From Candidatus Spongiisociaceae bacterium (lineage in GTDB: Bacteria > Actinomycetota > Acidimicrobiia > Spongiisociales > Spongiisociaceae): DNA of 64,000 bases. Where the stretch lies: contig CBDCOH010000002.1 of assembly GCA_965219685.1 (NCBI GenBank), positions 2,112,001 through 2,176,000 of the forward strand, written 5' to 3'. This document shows, one piece after another, positions 36,999-46,625 of this stretch. The notes under the pieces are model-generated. The model saw only the letters and a list, made by a program, of their open reading frames with translations. It searched no databases and was not told the DNA's origin. How positions within the stretch are numbered: position 1 is the stretch's first letter; the number at the start of each line of letters is the position of its first letter. The position numbers and the translations under genes were made by a program.

Positions 36999-37991
36999 GT
37001 GAGAGGAAAGGCATCGGCATTCCGGAGAGGGTTGCTAGCGGTCATGTTGGCCTTGGCCGTGGTCGCCGCGGCATGCGCCGAGGAAGAGGAGTCGGATGAA
37101 CTGACCGTGGGTATGGCATTGCCCGGTCCGAAGAACGACAAAGGCTTCTCGCAGGCGCACTACGACGGCCTCCTTCTGGTGGAGAGCGAACTCGGCGCGG
37201 TTATCTCCGTGCAGGAGAGCGTCCTGGATCCCCAGGCCCGGGTCGAGGCGCTACGCGACCTCGCCCAGGACAACGAACTGGTCATCGGTGTCGGAGCCGA
37301 ATTCGCCGAGCCGGGCGTGACCGTTGCCCCGCAGTTCCCCGACACCACTTTCATGGTGATCAACGGACAGACCTCCGACGCCGACAACCTCTTCGTGTAC
37401 GGCGTGCGGGAAGGCGTGCCCGCCTACATCGCCGGTGTCGTGGCCGCTCAGTTGACGACCTCCAACCAGGCCGGGTTCGTGGGCGGCGAGGAGATACCAC
37501 CCCTCTACATGGCGGATGACGGATTCTCCGCCGGGCTGAAGTCGGTGAACCCGGACATCGAGATCGCATCGACGATCGTCGGTTCCTTCATCGATCCCCA
37601 GGGGGCCTTCGCGGCCGCGTCGGCTCAGTTGGCAGCCGGAGCGGATGTCATCTACAGCTACGTCGACTCGGGCATCGCCGGAGTCATCGAGGCGATCGGC
37701 GACGCCGGTGGGAATGCGCTGACCTTCGGCATCATCTTCCCCCGTTGCGCCGACTTCCCGGAGATCGTGGGCACTTCCATCCTCAACGCGTCGGGTCTGG
37801 TACTCACCATGACCAACGACTACGTGAACGACACGGTTCCCGATCAGCCCCAGTTCTTCGGGGTCGAGAACCCGGATGTGCAGCGGTTCGAGCTTTGCCC
37901 GGACCATGCCACCGACGAGTTGCAGCAGATCGTCGACGATACGACCGCCGGCATCAACGACGGCTCGATCCAGTTGCCGGCCGGGGTCTGA
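36999..37991 (+). CDS. BMP/PnrA-family substrate-binding lipoprotein
   Basis: AAAC lipobox, DKGFSQA, GFVGGEEIP, GADVI. Confidence 0.88.
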   Translation: MRGKASAFRRGLLAVMLALAVVAAACAEEEESDELTVGMALPGPKNDKGFSQAHYDGLLLVESELGAVISVQESVLDPQARVEALRDLAQDNELVIGVGAEFAEPGVTVAPQFPDTTFMVINGQTSDADNLFVYGVREGVPAYIAGVVAAQLTTSNQAGFVGGEEIPPLYMADDGFSAGLKSVNPDIEIASTIVGSFIDPQGAFAAASAQLAAGADVIYSYVDSGIAGVIEAIGDAGGNALTFGIIFPRCADFPEIVGTSILNASGLVLTMTNDYVNDTVPDQPQFFGVENPDVQRFELCPDHATDELQQIVDDTTAGINDGSIQLPAGV

Positions 37992-38136
37992 GCGATACCG
38001 GGAGACAGGTTTATCAGGGTTCGCTGGTTGGCCGACTACCAGGTCTGAGAGCCGTGGGCTGACGGCGAACCCCTACCTGCACGGTCTTACCCTGCCGGAG
38101 CCGGATCATGACGACGGCGACGTCAGCCCTCGACAC

Positions 38137-39228
38137 TCACGGGAAGGAGATCACGCTCCGGATGGTCTCCCCCCGGTTCATGGCGCCGAAGGCTGTACCG
38201 ACGTCGTCGAGTCCGATCTTCTCGGTGACCAGGCCATCCAGGTCAAGTTTCCCGTCGAGGTACCAGTCGATGAGTTGGGGAAAGTCGCGTGATGCGAGCG
38301 AGTCACCATTGAGCGAGACCTTGAGGGTAGTGCCGGGGAAGAAGAAGGCCTGCATGGGGATGGACAGAACCTCTTCCGCGGAAGGAAACCCGATCAGCAC
38401 CGCGGTGCCCCGGTAGTCAATCACCTTTACGCACTGGCGCATGGTGGCGGCGAGACCCACCGCGTCGAAAGCGTAGTCCACTCCCCTGCCGCCGGTGAGT
38501 TCCCGTATCGCTTCGACGGGATCCGCCGAGGAGGCGTCGACGAGGTCGGTAGCGCCGAACGAGCGCGCCCAGTCGAGTTTTCTCGACACCAGGTCCACCG
38601 CGATTATCCGGCTGGCTCGCGCCAGGCGAGCTCCCTGAATCACGTTGATCCCGACTCCGCCGGCTCCGAACACGGCGACGCTCGCCCCGGGTTCGACCCC
38701 GGCCGTTCGAAGCACCGATCCGACGCCTGTCGAAACCGCACATCCGAGTAGGGACGCCTGCTCGGGAGGGCAGTCGGTGGAGACCGGGATCGCTTGTGGC
38801 GCGGCAGCAACCAGGTACTCGGAGAAGGTGCCCAGGCCCAGAGCGGGGGTGAGGCCCCTTCCGTCTACCGTCTCAGGTCGCGTTGCGGCTTCAACTGGCC
38901 TACGACAGTGGTCGACTCGACCGGCCAGGCAGGAAACGCACGCGTGGCATGGTGCCCGGTAGGTGAGCACCACGAATTGGCCGACTCGACGGGTAACAAC
39001 CCCCTCCCCTACCGCCTCGATGTAGCCGGAGCCTTCATGGCCCAGCAAGAACGGGAAGTCGTCTCCCAGGTGGCCGTCCACGTAGTGCATGTCGCTGTGA
39101 CAGACTCCGCTGGCTGCGACCCGTACTAGGACTTCCCCCGGACCGGGATCCCGGCCCCGGAGCTCCTCGACCCTGAAGGGCCCGCCCTTAGCTACGGCCA
39201 CCACTCCACGCCCGGCTCCAGAACCCAC
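38137..39228 (-). CDS. Zn-dependent dehydrogenase, S-(hydroxymethyl)mycothiol dehydrogenase (MscR/AdhE2)-like
   Basis: GVCHSD, FPFLLGHEG, structural Zn C-x2-C-x2-C-x7-C, PALGLG, LLGC, GAGGVG, KLDWARSFGAT. GTG start after GGGAGGAG. Confidence 0.82.
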   Translation of the reverse strand: MGSGAGRGVVAVAKGGPFRVEELRGRDPGPGEVLVRVAASGVCHSDMHYVDGHLGDDFPFLLGHEGSGYIEAVGEGVVTRRVGQFVVLTYRAPCHACVSCLAGRVDHCRRPVEAATRPETVDGRGLTPALGLGTFSEYLVAAAPQAIPVSTDCPPEQASLLGCAVSTGVGSVLRTAGVEPGASVAVFGAGGVGINVIQGARLARASRIIAVDLVSRKLDWARSFGATDLVDASSADPVEAIRELTGGRGVDYAFDAVGLAATMRQCVKVIDYRGTAVLIGFPSAEEVLSIPMQAFFFPGTTLKVSLNGDSLASRDFPQLIDWYLDGKLDLDGLVTEKIGLDDVGTAFGAMNRGETIRSVISFP

Positions 39229-39429
39229 GTCTCCTCCCTTCCTGATTGCCTCCGGCTCCCCCTCGGCACGCGACGCTTCGATCGGGCTTCCCGACGATAG
39301 CGACCTATTCACGGCCCAACCCGAGAACGGCGGGGATGGGCAGATGCCTGAGCCGGTCCGGCATCGGCTCGCGTGATACGCTCGCGCAGGGTTGAAGCCC
39401 AGAGGTGCCGAGATCGGAGGGATGCTGCG

Positions 39430-40404
39430 ATGGGCGACGAACTGCGGAACTACTGGCATCCGGTGGCAAGGGTGGCAGCCATCGGCGCGAAGCCTGTACC
39501 GGCCACCCTGCTGGGCGAACAGTTGGTCCTCTTCCGGTCCGGTGACGAGATCGTCGTGCTTCGGGACCTCTGCATCCACCGGGGAACGCCGCTCTCGCTC
39601 GGTTGGCTCGAGGGTGACGAGATAGTCTGCCACTATCACGGTTGGCGGTACGACAAGACCGGTGTCTGCACCCTCATCCCTACGCTTCCCCCCGGTGGTC
39701 GTATCCCACCCGCCGCCAGGGTTCCGAAGTACCGGTGCGAGCAGCGCTACGGGCTGCTCTGGGTGGCTCTCGAGGAACCCAAGCATCCGATTCCCGACTA
39801 CCCGGCATACGAGAGCCGGTCGATGACGACGGTGCTCTACGATGACTTTCGCTGGAAGGCCAACGCTGCCCGGGTCATCGAGAACGTGCTGGACTACACA
39901 CACTTCCCATGGGTGCACGACGGCCTCCTGGGTCAGCGCGACGAGCCCATGTATCCCCATGTGCGGCCGGAGATCTTCGGTGACGGGTTCACCTACGACG
40001 TCCCGGACGACCGCAACAACACCATCCGCACCTACCGCCTGTTCCTTCCGTTCACGGTCACCCTCACCGTGACCACCCGGATACCGGACGAGGAGCGCCA
40101 CACCGAGTCGATGAGCCCCAAGGGCCGGAACTACTCGATGATGTTCACGTGCACCCCGGTGACGTCCAGGGACACCATCCAGTACTTCTTCACCTCGCGC
40201 GACTGGAACCTCACCAAGCCGGATGAGGACTGGTACGCATTCGACGCGGTCGTCATGTCCCAGGACCAGATGGTCGTGGAGAACCAGCGACCCGAAGAAC
40301 TGCCCCTCGACCTGACCGCCGAACTCCATCTGCGCGGTACCGACGCCGGGGCCCTGGCCTACCGCAGGATGCTGCGGGATCGCGGGGTCGCATGGCATCA
40401 CTAG
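39430..40404 (+). CDS. Rieske oxygenase alpha subunit, NdmA/B/C- or VanA-like (no. 2)
   Basis: CIH...CHYH, ENVLDYTHFPWVH, SQDQ, ENQRPEELPLDLTAELHL. Confidence 0.9.
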   Translation: MGDELRNYWHPVARVAAIGAKPVPATLLGEQLVLFRSGDEIVVLRDLCIHRGTPLSLGWLEGDEIVCHYHGWRYDKTGVCTLIPTLPPGGRIPPAARVPKYRCEQRYGLLWVALEEPKHPIPDYPAYESRSMTTVLYDDFRWKANAARVIENVLDYTHFPWVHDGLLGQRDEPMYPHVRPEIFGDGFTYDVPDDRNNTIRTYRLFLPFTVTLTVTTRIPDEERHTESMSPKGRNYSMMFTCTPVTSRDTIQYFFTSRDWNLTKPDEDWYAFDAVVMSQDQMVVENQRPEELPLDLTAELHLRGTDAGALAYRRMLRDRGVAWHH

Positions 40405-40458
40405 ACAATTGGTTCCTAGTCGGTAGTCTATAGCTGTTAGGTGGTGATCGGTGGTTAA
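40402..40458 (+). repeat. Degenerate heptamer repeat tract after the stop
   Basis: TAG ACAAT TGGTTCC TAGTCGG TAGTCTA TAGCTGT TAGGTGG TGATCGG TGGTTAA. Confidence 0.75.
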
Positions 40459-40704
40459 CGTTAGATCAGATCATATGCCATCATCCGTCGCACTGTTTGG
40501 GTCTCACGTCCATGCCGCGGGTAGCTCTTCCCGAAATGGAAGCCCCGGGGGTCCGAGTCCACAACAGGAGCAGTACAAGTTACTGATGTGTTGCGCAGCG
40601 TTGCGTAGCGATCGTAGAGTACGGTCGCTTCCGGTCAGATCCCTTGGAACTACTCGTCTAGAAGGCACGGTTCTGGCGTGCCGCGCCCGCGGGGTGGGAG
40701 TTCC

Positions 40705-41268
40705 GTGCGCAGGCTGATCGTCGGCATTTCCGGATCGAGCGGCGCCATATACGGCGTGAGGCTCGTCGAGGTGCTGTCCACCGTTCCAGATGTCGAGACG
40801 CATGTGATCGTCTCGTCGGGAGCCGAGGCAACCATCTCCTACGAGACTGGCCGTGACCCGGCGCGTGTCCACGCGATGGCGGACCATGTCTACGGCAATT
40901 CGAAGGTCGGCGCCGGCCCGGCGTCCGGAACCTTCGTTACCGACGGGATGATCGTGGCGCCATGCTCGATGAAGACGTTGAGCTCGATCGCCAACAGCTA
41001 CGGCAACACCCTCATAGCCAGAGCAGCCGACGTCTGCCTCAAGGAGCGCCGCAAACTGGTCCTGGTCACCCGTGAGACCCCCCTCCACCTGGGGCACCTG
41101 AGGTTGATGAGTTCGGTCACCGAGGCCGGAGCCGTGGTGCTCCCGCCGGTCCCCGGCTTCTACACCCGACCCGAGTCGGTGGCGGATATCGTCGACCACA
41201 CGGTGACCAAGATCCTCGACCAGTTCGGGATCGAGGCGAACCTCATCGAGAGATGGGCAGGGATCTAG
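40705..41268 (+). CDS. ubiX: Flavin prenyltransferase
   Basis: GISGSSG, ASGTF, APCSMKTL, RAADVCLKERRKLVLVTRETP, PPVPGFY. Confidence 0.95.
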   Translation: MRRLIVGISGSSGAIYGVRLVEVLSTVPDVETHVIVSSGAEATISYETGRDPARVHAMADHVYGNSKVGAGPASGTFVTDGMIVAPCSMKTLSSIANSYGNTLIARAADVCLKERRKLVLVTRETPLHLGHLRLMSSVTEAGAVVLPPVPGFYTRPESVADIVDHTVTKILDQFGIEANLIERWAGI

Positions 41269-41314
41269 TTGGTGAGTGGTGAATGGTGAATAGTGAATAG
41301 TGAATGGTGATAGG
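41266..41314 (+). repeat. Heptamer tandem repeat x7, each unit starting with a stop codon
   Basis: TAGTTGG TGAGTGG TGAATGG TGAATAG TGAATAG TGAATGG TGATAGG; the first TAG is the ubiX stop. Confidence 0.85.
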
Positions 41315-41325
41315 AGACGGGAGTT

Positions 41326-42708
41326 TCAGATCTTGGCGAGGCTGGCCAGCCCGTCGCCACTGACTGCCGTTCCTTCCTTGAGGACCGCCCAAGGTCGACG
41401 GAGGCAGGCGAGGTCCTCCAGCGGGTTGCCGTCGACGACCAATATGTCCGCCAGCTTGCCCTTCTCAACGGTTCCGAGATCGCTGTCGACACCCAGTAGT
41501 TCCGCCCCCACCCGGGTGGCGGCTTCGATCACGGCTTGGCGGGGCATCCCCGACGCATGGAGCAGTTGCAGCTCGTCGTGCAGGCCCGATCCCGGGAGTA
41601 TGAAAGGGTTGGGCATGTCGGTCCCTGCCGCGATCCTGACCCCGCGCCGGTACGCCCGGCCTACGAACTCGAGTTGCCGTGACCACTCGGTGGGCGCCGC
41701 ATCCCAGTCCTCGGCGGAGTAATCGTTGATCCAGCCCTTACGTTCCCAGGTGTCGATGACCGCATCCGGCATCCGTTCGATTCCCTCCGGCTCGCGCACC
41801 TGGTCCTCCCGGTTGAGCAGCGCGCTTCGCGACAGGGTCAGGGTCGGAGTGAGGAAGACGCCTCGCTCCACGAGAAGATCCAGCAGGGCACCCGTACGGT
41901 CGGACTCGACGTCGATGTAGCGCCAAGGCCGGAACGACAGCAGGTGATCGTGCGCCCGGACGGGTTGGCGGGCCACTTCGGCGAGTTGCTCGCCGGTCAG
42001 CAGTTCGGCGCCGACCCGGATGTGTTCGAGCGCGTCCACACCGAGGAATACCGCCTCCTCCGCCGTGAGTGAGTGACCGACATGGGCGGCCACCTTCCGA
42101 CCTCGGGAATGCGCCGCCGACACGACCGCTCTCAGGATCTCGCCGGTCATCCACACGTACACCTTTACGAAGTCGGCGCCGTTGTCGAGCAGGTCGAGAG
42201 TCTGGGCTCGGGCCTCCTCGGGAGTCCGCACCACCCGGAGGCCCGGATGCGGACCGCCCGGCGGGCCGTCCAGATTCGGTCCCGAGCCGTAGAACCGCGG
42301 CCACCGGGAGTTCCCCTCCTTCAGAATCCCGAACGACCAGTCGAGGTCCGGGCTCCCCGTACACCTGACCGTGGTCACGCCATACTCGACGAACGCCCTC
42401 ATGAACCGGTCGAAGAGGGGCATCGGGTCTTCGACGCCGAACCGGTTGTACGGAAGCAACCCCAGGTGGACGTGGCTGTCGATCAGGCCGGGAAGGATGG
42501 TCTTGCCGGAGAGGTCGACCGTGTTGCTGCCGGCTACGGGCGGTGCGTCCCCTCGACGGGAGACGTTCGTGATGCGGCCACCGACCACCTCGACCACGGC
42601 GTCGTCGATCGGATTCCGCCCGGTCCCGTCGAAGAGCCTTGCGCCCGTGAGCACCAGAGCGGGAGCCGGTCCGCCTCCGGAACCTCCCGCAGCTACCTCA
42701 GCCGCCAT
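41326..42708 (-). CDS. Amidohydrolase family protein
   Basis: PGLIDSHVH, FVKVY, AAHVG, LEHI, AGTD, GTVEKGKLADI. Confidence 0.9.
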   Translation of the reverse strand: MAAEVAAGGSGGGPAPALVLTGARLFDGTGRNPIDDAVVEVVGGRITNVSRRGDAPPVAGSNTVDLSGKTILPGLIDSHVHLGLLPYNRFGVEDPMPLFDRFMRAFVEYGVTTVRCTGSPDLDWSFGILKEGNSRWPRFYGSGPNLDGPPGGPHPGLRVVRTPEEARAQTLDLLDNGADFVKVYVWMTGEILRAVVSAAHSRGRKVAAHVGHSLTAEEAVFLGVDALEHIRVGAELLTGEQLAEVARQPVRAHDHLLSFRPWRYIDVESDRTGALLDLLVERGVFLTPTLTLSRSALLNREDQVREPEGIERMPDAVIDTWERKGWINDYSAEDWDAAPTEWSRQLEFVGRAYRRGVRIAAGTDMPNPFILPGSGLHDELQLLHASGMPRQAVIEAATRVGAELLGVDSDLGTVEKGKLADILVVDGNPLEDLACLRRPWAVLKEGTAVSGDGLASLAKI

Positions 42709-43489
42709 TCGACCGCACCGACGCATGCCAGGGGATCGCGAAGGTCTCGACCAGTTGGACGACCTGGAACCAGACCACGCCGAGGATGGCGACGATGAGC
42801 ATGGATGCGTAGGCATCCGGCGTGTCGAAGGTCTCGAGACTCCGGGTCAGGAGTGTTCCGAGGCCTCTCTGCGAGGTGACGAACTCGGTGACGATCGCGC
42901 CGACGAGTGCCAACGTCACATTGAGTTTGAGGGAAGTGAAGATCCAGGGCAGGGCGCTCGGGATCTTCAGCTTCGTCAACCCGCCCAGCCTCCCGACCGC
43001 CAGTGACTCCAGAAGCTCCTCGGATTCGCGATCGATGGAGGTCAAGCCCTTGTAGACCGAGATGACTGTGGGCGGTACCGACATGAGGACGACCACCGCG
43101 ATGGCGGAGTTCGGACCCAGGCCGAAGTACAGGACCATGAGCGGGGCAGTAGCAAGGATCGGCATTGCCGCAAAGCCGCTGGTCACGGGCAGGAGGTAGC
43201 GACGCAACGCGTCAACCTCGGAGAGCACGATGGCCAAGGTGACTCCCGCGACCGATCCGAGCACGTATCCGACTCCGGCCGCGTAGAAGGTGTCGTACGC
43301 GTGCCTGCGGAAGGTGCGCCACCCCTCGAAGAACGCCTTGACGACCGCGCTCGGATAGGGAACGGTGAAGATCTTGAGATCGAACAGGTTGTGGTACAAA
43401 CCCCGCTCCCAGGTTATGAGCAGCGCGACCAGCACCACCAGGGGAGGGAGGATCCGTAGGGCGGTCAGGCGTATCCGTTTGCGCGTCAT
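42698..43489 (-). CDS. NitT/TauT-type ABC permease
   Basis: KLKIPSALPWIFTSLK, GAIVTEF...GLG. Confidence 0.88.
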   Translation of the reverse strand: MTRKRIRLTALRILPPLVVLVALLITWERGLYHNLFDLKIFTVPYPSAVVKAFFEGWRTFRRHAYDTFYAAGVGYVLGSVAGVTLAIVLSEVDALRRYLLPVTSGFAAMPILATAPLMVLYFGLGPNSAIAVVVLMSVPPTVISVYKGLTSIDRESEELLESLAVGRLGGLTKLKIPSALPWIFTSLKLNVTLALVGAIVTEFVTSQRGLGTLLTRSLETFDTPDAYASMLIVAILGVVWFQVVQLVETFAIPWHASVRSNGG

Positions 43490-43496
43490 CGGACCC

Positions 43497-44345
43497 CTAT
43501 CCCCGGAACTCCGGTTGCCACGGGGTGATCAGGCGTTCGAGCAGAGCTGCCCCCCGGTAGAAGATCACCCCCAGAAGGAGGGTCAGGATCACCGCTGCCC
43601 AGAACAGGCTGGCGAACTGGGGCCCGTAGTACTGGGTGATGAGGATCAGGTAACCGACCCCGTCGGTTGCTCCGGACAGCTCCACGACGATCTCCGCGAC
43701 CACGGCGAGCGGGGCGGCGATCTTGAACCCCGTGAAGAAGAAGGGCGCGGCGGCAGGGATCCGGAGCTTCGTCAGCGTCTGCAGCCGCGACGAGTTGTAG
43801 CTGGCCATCAACTCGGCCTCCTCGGGTGGAACGCTCTTGAGTCCCTTGAGCACGTTGAGCGACATCGGGAAGAACGTGATGTAGCTCGCCACCACTATGC
43901 GGGTGATGGTGAAGTCCCTGAGTATCGCCAGCAGGATCGGGGCCAGGGCGATGGTCGGGACCATCTGCCCGAACACCACGTAGGGGTAGAAGGCGCTCTC
44001 CCATATCCGGGAGCGCCCTGCGATGAGTGCCAGCAGCACACCGATGGTGGTTCCGATCACCAGCCCTACCATCGCGCCGCTCGCGGTGGTCCGTACCGCC
44101 GACCACAGGTCGGGCCAGTTCTGCACCATGGCAATCGCCACGTCGTGGAGGAAGGGAAACTTCTTGCCGGCCAGGGGCGTATCGCTCGCCGCCACCCTCC
44201 AGGCGTTCAACTGCCAGAGCCCACCGAAGGCGAGCGCCAGCAACACGCCGACAGTCCATGTCCGTGACCTGGTCCACTCCGACCGTGTCTCGACCGGGGA
44301 AGAAGCCGAACCACTTCCCCGATCGATCACACCCGGCTCGCTCAC
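43497..44345 (-). CDS. NitT/TauT-type ABC permease
   Basis: QMVPTIALAP, FFPM, KLRIPAAAPFFFTGFK. Confidence 0.88.
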   Translation of the reverse strand: MSEPGVIDRGSGSASSPVETRSEWTRSRTWTVGVLLALAFGGLWQLNAWRVAASDTPLAGKKFPFLHDVAIAMVQNWPDLWSAVRTTASGAMVGLVIGTTIGVLLALIAGRSRIWESAFYPYVVFGQMVPTIALAPILLAILRDFTITRIVVASYITFFPMSLNVLKGLKSVPPEEAELMASYNSSRLQTLTKLRIPAAAPFFFTGFKIAAPLAVVAEIVVELSGATDGVGYLILITQYYGPQFASLFWAAVILTLLLGVIFYRGAALLERLITPWQPEFRG

Positions 44346-44381
44346 TTGTACCTCAGGCGTTCGGAACCCTCGGGGCTAGAT

Positions 44382-45461
44382 TCACCCGGTCGCCATCTCC
44401 CAGATCGATGCGTCGTACGCGTCGCCGGCCGGGACCTCGTCGTCGAGCATCCCGAAGCCGAACAGGTCGGTGGAGAGTCGCTCGAATACCGCGACGTCGA
44501 TGCTTCCGTACTCCGACGCGGGGAAGCCCGCCGGGAAGTGCAGGTCCTCGAGCGCGGTGAGCATGTTGGTCTGGTGCAGTTCGGAAGCCTGTACGGCCTG
44601 TTCGAGGATCACGCTGACGGTCTCGTCCGGATTGTCGAAGGCATACTTCCAACCGCGGATGGTCGCCTTGACGAAGCGGGCTATAGCCTCGCCCTTCTCG
44701 GCCAGGATCTCCTCGGTCGTATGCAGCACTCCGTGGGGGCTGCCCACGCCGTAGTCGTCGAAGTCGATGATGACCAGATCGTCCGCGGTCAGGCCCTCCT
44801 CGTACAACGACTGGAGTTCGTTCCAGTAGGTCGGAGTGATGGTGTCGTACTCCCCGTTCAGGAACGGGTCGAGGCTGAAACCCTGCTCCACCAATTCGAA
44901 GTCGACGCCGGGCTCGAGGCCGATCTGGGCGGCGAGCGCCAACAACTCGACCTCGTCACCGCCGCCGTGGAAAGCTGCGACGGTCTTGCCGGCGAGATCC
45001 TCCGGGCCCTGGATCCCGCTGTCGGCCATCGCCACGATGGGGAATCCGGACTTGCGATGGAACTGGGCCACCGCCACCAGTGGGACTCCGCGGCTGCGGG
45101 CCACGAAGATAGAAGCCGCCTTGCCGAGCGTGAGATCGGCCGCTCCGGTGATGATCTGCTGGTCGGGACTGACATCCGGTCCGCCGGGAAGCACCTCAAC
45201 GTCGAGGTTCTCCTCGTCGTAGAAGCCCTTGCGATCGGCCATGATGTAGCCGGCGAACTGCGACTGCGGCACCCAGGTGAGCTGCATCACCAGGCTCACC
45301 CTCTCCGGCCCGGCGGTCGTCGTGGGCCCTGCGGTCGTCGCCGGCGCGGCGGTGGTTGGCGGAGCGGTTGTGGTGGCCGGTTCATCGTCCTCGCCGCACG
45401 CCATTGCGACAAGTGTCAACGCGATAAGTCCGACGAGAATCCTGCCGCGGATACGCTTCAT
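44382..45461 (-). CDS. NMT1/THI5-like substrate-binding lipoprotein
   Basis: AMAC lipobox, Thr/Ala/Pro linker, QLTWVPQSQFAGYIMA..KGFY.EE.LDV, PGGPD, YWNE, A.IRGW.YA. Confidence 0.88.
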   Translation of the reverse strand: MKRIRGRILVGLIALTLVAMACGEDDEPATTTAPPTTAAPATTAGPTTTAGPERVSLVMQLTWVPQSQFAGYIMADRKGFYDEENLDVEVLPGGPDVSPDQQIITGAADLTLGKAASIFVARSRGVPLVAVAQFHRKSGFPIVAMADSGIQGPEDLAGKTVAAFHGGGDEVELLALAAQIGLEPGVDFELVEQGFSLDPFLNGEYDTITPTYWNELQSLYEEGLTADDLVIIDFDDYGVGSPHGVLHTTEEILAEKGEAIARFVKATIRGWKYAFDNPDETVSVILEQAVQASELHQTNMLTALEDLHFPAGFPASEYGSIDVAVFERLSTDLFGFGMLDDEVPAGDAYDASIWEMATG

Positions 45462-45677
45462 GGTCACCTCCCATGGGTCCAGATCCAGTCCTGGCCGAAT
45501 CAACCACCGGTCCAGGCCGAGTTGACGAGTCAGGGTATCAGCCCGCCCTCCTGTTGTCCCAGACAAACTCACACTGTGGAACCTTCGCCCCGTCCTCCTG
45601 CGGGAGGACGGACCATGAGTCCGGAGTCCCGCTCGCCGCCGGCCATCCCCGGTCGCGTGACCGGCAACGGATAACGG

Positions 45678-46625
45678 TCAGCGGCTCTCTCTCCGGTAGG
45701 GGGTAGCGAGAGCGGCCGGCGCGCCCAGTTTTCTGGCCAGTCTCGTGTTGCTCGTGAAGAGGATCAGGAACAGGAGGGTGAAGGCGAACGGCATCATCAG
45801 CAAGAAGTCGGATGGGATCGGTATGTCCAGAAGCTGGAAGGTCAGACCCAGGTTGGTCAATCCCCCGAAGGCGTAGGAGGCGAACAGCGCCCTCCACGGG
45901 CGCCAACCCGAGAAGGCCACCATCGCAAACGCTATCCATCCGAGTCCGCCCGAGAAACCCTGCTGCCATGCCCCCACCAGCGCCACCGAGAGATAGCCGC
46001 CCGCCAACCCCGTGAAGGCTCCCCCAACCAGGACATGCACGTATCGCGTCAGAGCGACCGGTACACCGGCCGCGTCGGCCGTGGCGGGATCCTCTCCCAC
46101 TGCTCTCGCCGCCAAGCCCCGGCGCGTCCTGAAGAGGTAGAAGCTGGCCGCGGCGACGAGCAGCCACGATATGTAGACGAGCGGATCGTGCCCCAGAAGT
46201 ATCGGCCCCAGTAGCGGCAGGTCAGAAAGAGCCTCCGGAAACACCGGATCCAGGTCTCGGGGCGGCGACCTGCGGATCAGGGGCGTACTGCCGATCTCGC
46301 CCAGGAATGCCGATAACCCGCTCCCGAGAATGAACAGGCCCAGTCCGGAGACGATCTGGTTGACCCGCAGGCTCACGGACAGCACCGCATGGATCAGAGA
46401 GAAAAGCATGCCCGCCACTATCGCGACCACGAGTCCCAGCCAAGGATTGTCGGTCGCGGACGCAGCCCAGAAGCCGGTCACGCCCCCGACCAGCAACATG
46501 CCTTCGATACCCAGGTTCATCACACCGGAACGCTCGGCCAGGATCTCCCCCACCGATACCAGCACGAGGGTCGTTCCCGAGGCAATCGCCGCGACGATCG
46601 ACAGCACGAAGACGGTGTCGTTCAT
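45678..46625 (-). CDS. Nucleoside/purine ABC permease 2
   Basis: GEILAERSGVMNLGIEG, GLGWIAFAMVAFSGWRP, PYRRESR. Confidence 0.9.
   Translation of the reverse strand: MNDTVFVLSIVAAIASGTTLVLVSVGEILAERSGVMNLGIEGMLLVGGVTGFWAASATDNPWLGLVVAIVAGMLFSLIHAVLSVSLRVNQIVSGLGLFILGSGLSAFLGEIGSTPLIRRSPPRDLDPVFPEALSDLPLLGPILLGHDPLVYISWLLVAAASFYLFRTRRGLAARAVGEDPATADAAGVPVALTRYVHVLVGGAFTGLAGGYLSVALVGAWQQGFSGGLGWIAFAMVAFSGWRPWRALFASYAFGGLTNLGLTFQLLDIPIPSDFLLMMPFAFTLLFLILFTSNTRLARKLGAPAALATPYRRESR

Noticed and set aside
38137-40401. 754-aa ORF as a large fusion dehydrogenase
   Set aside because: The N-terminal half is the antisense shadow of the Rieske gene; the real gene starts at GTG 39228 behind a strong RBS.
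40460-40704. Small ORF or gene remnant upstream of ubiX
   Set aside because: Translations show no recognisable motif or RBS.
13940-41268. Ubiquinone biosynthesis or archaeal-type mevalonate pathway (UbiD-like decarboxylase + UbiX + Fni)
   Set aside because: No ubiA or other ubi genes, and no aconitase X subunits, mevalonate kinase, isopentenyl phosphate kinase or HMG-CoA enzymes in the window. Not excluded genome-wide.
41266-41314. CRISPR array at the heptamer or 20-bp repeats
   Set aside because: No repeat-spacer structure, units too short, no cas genes.
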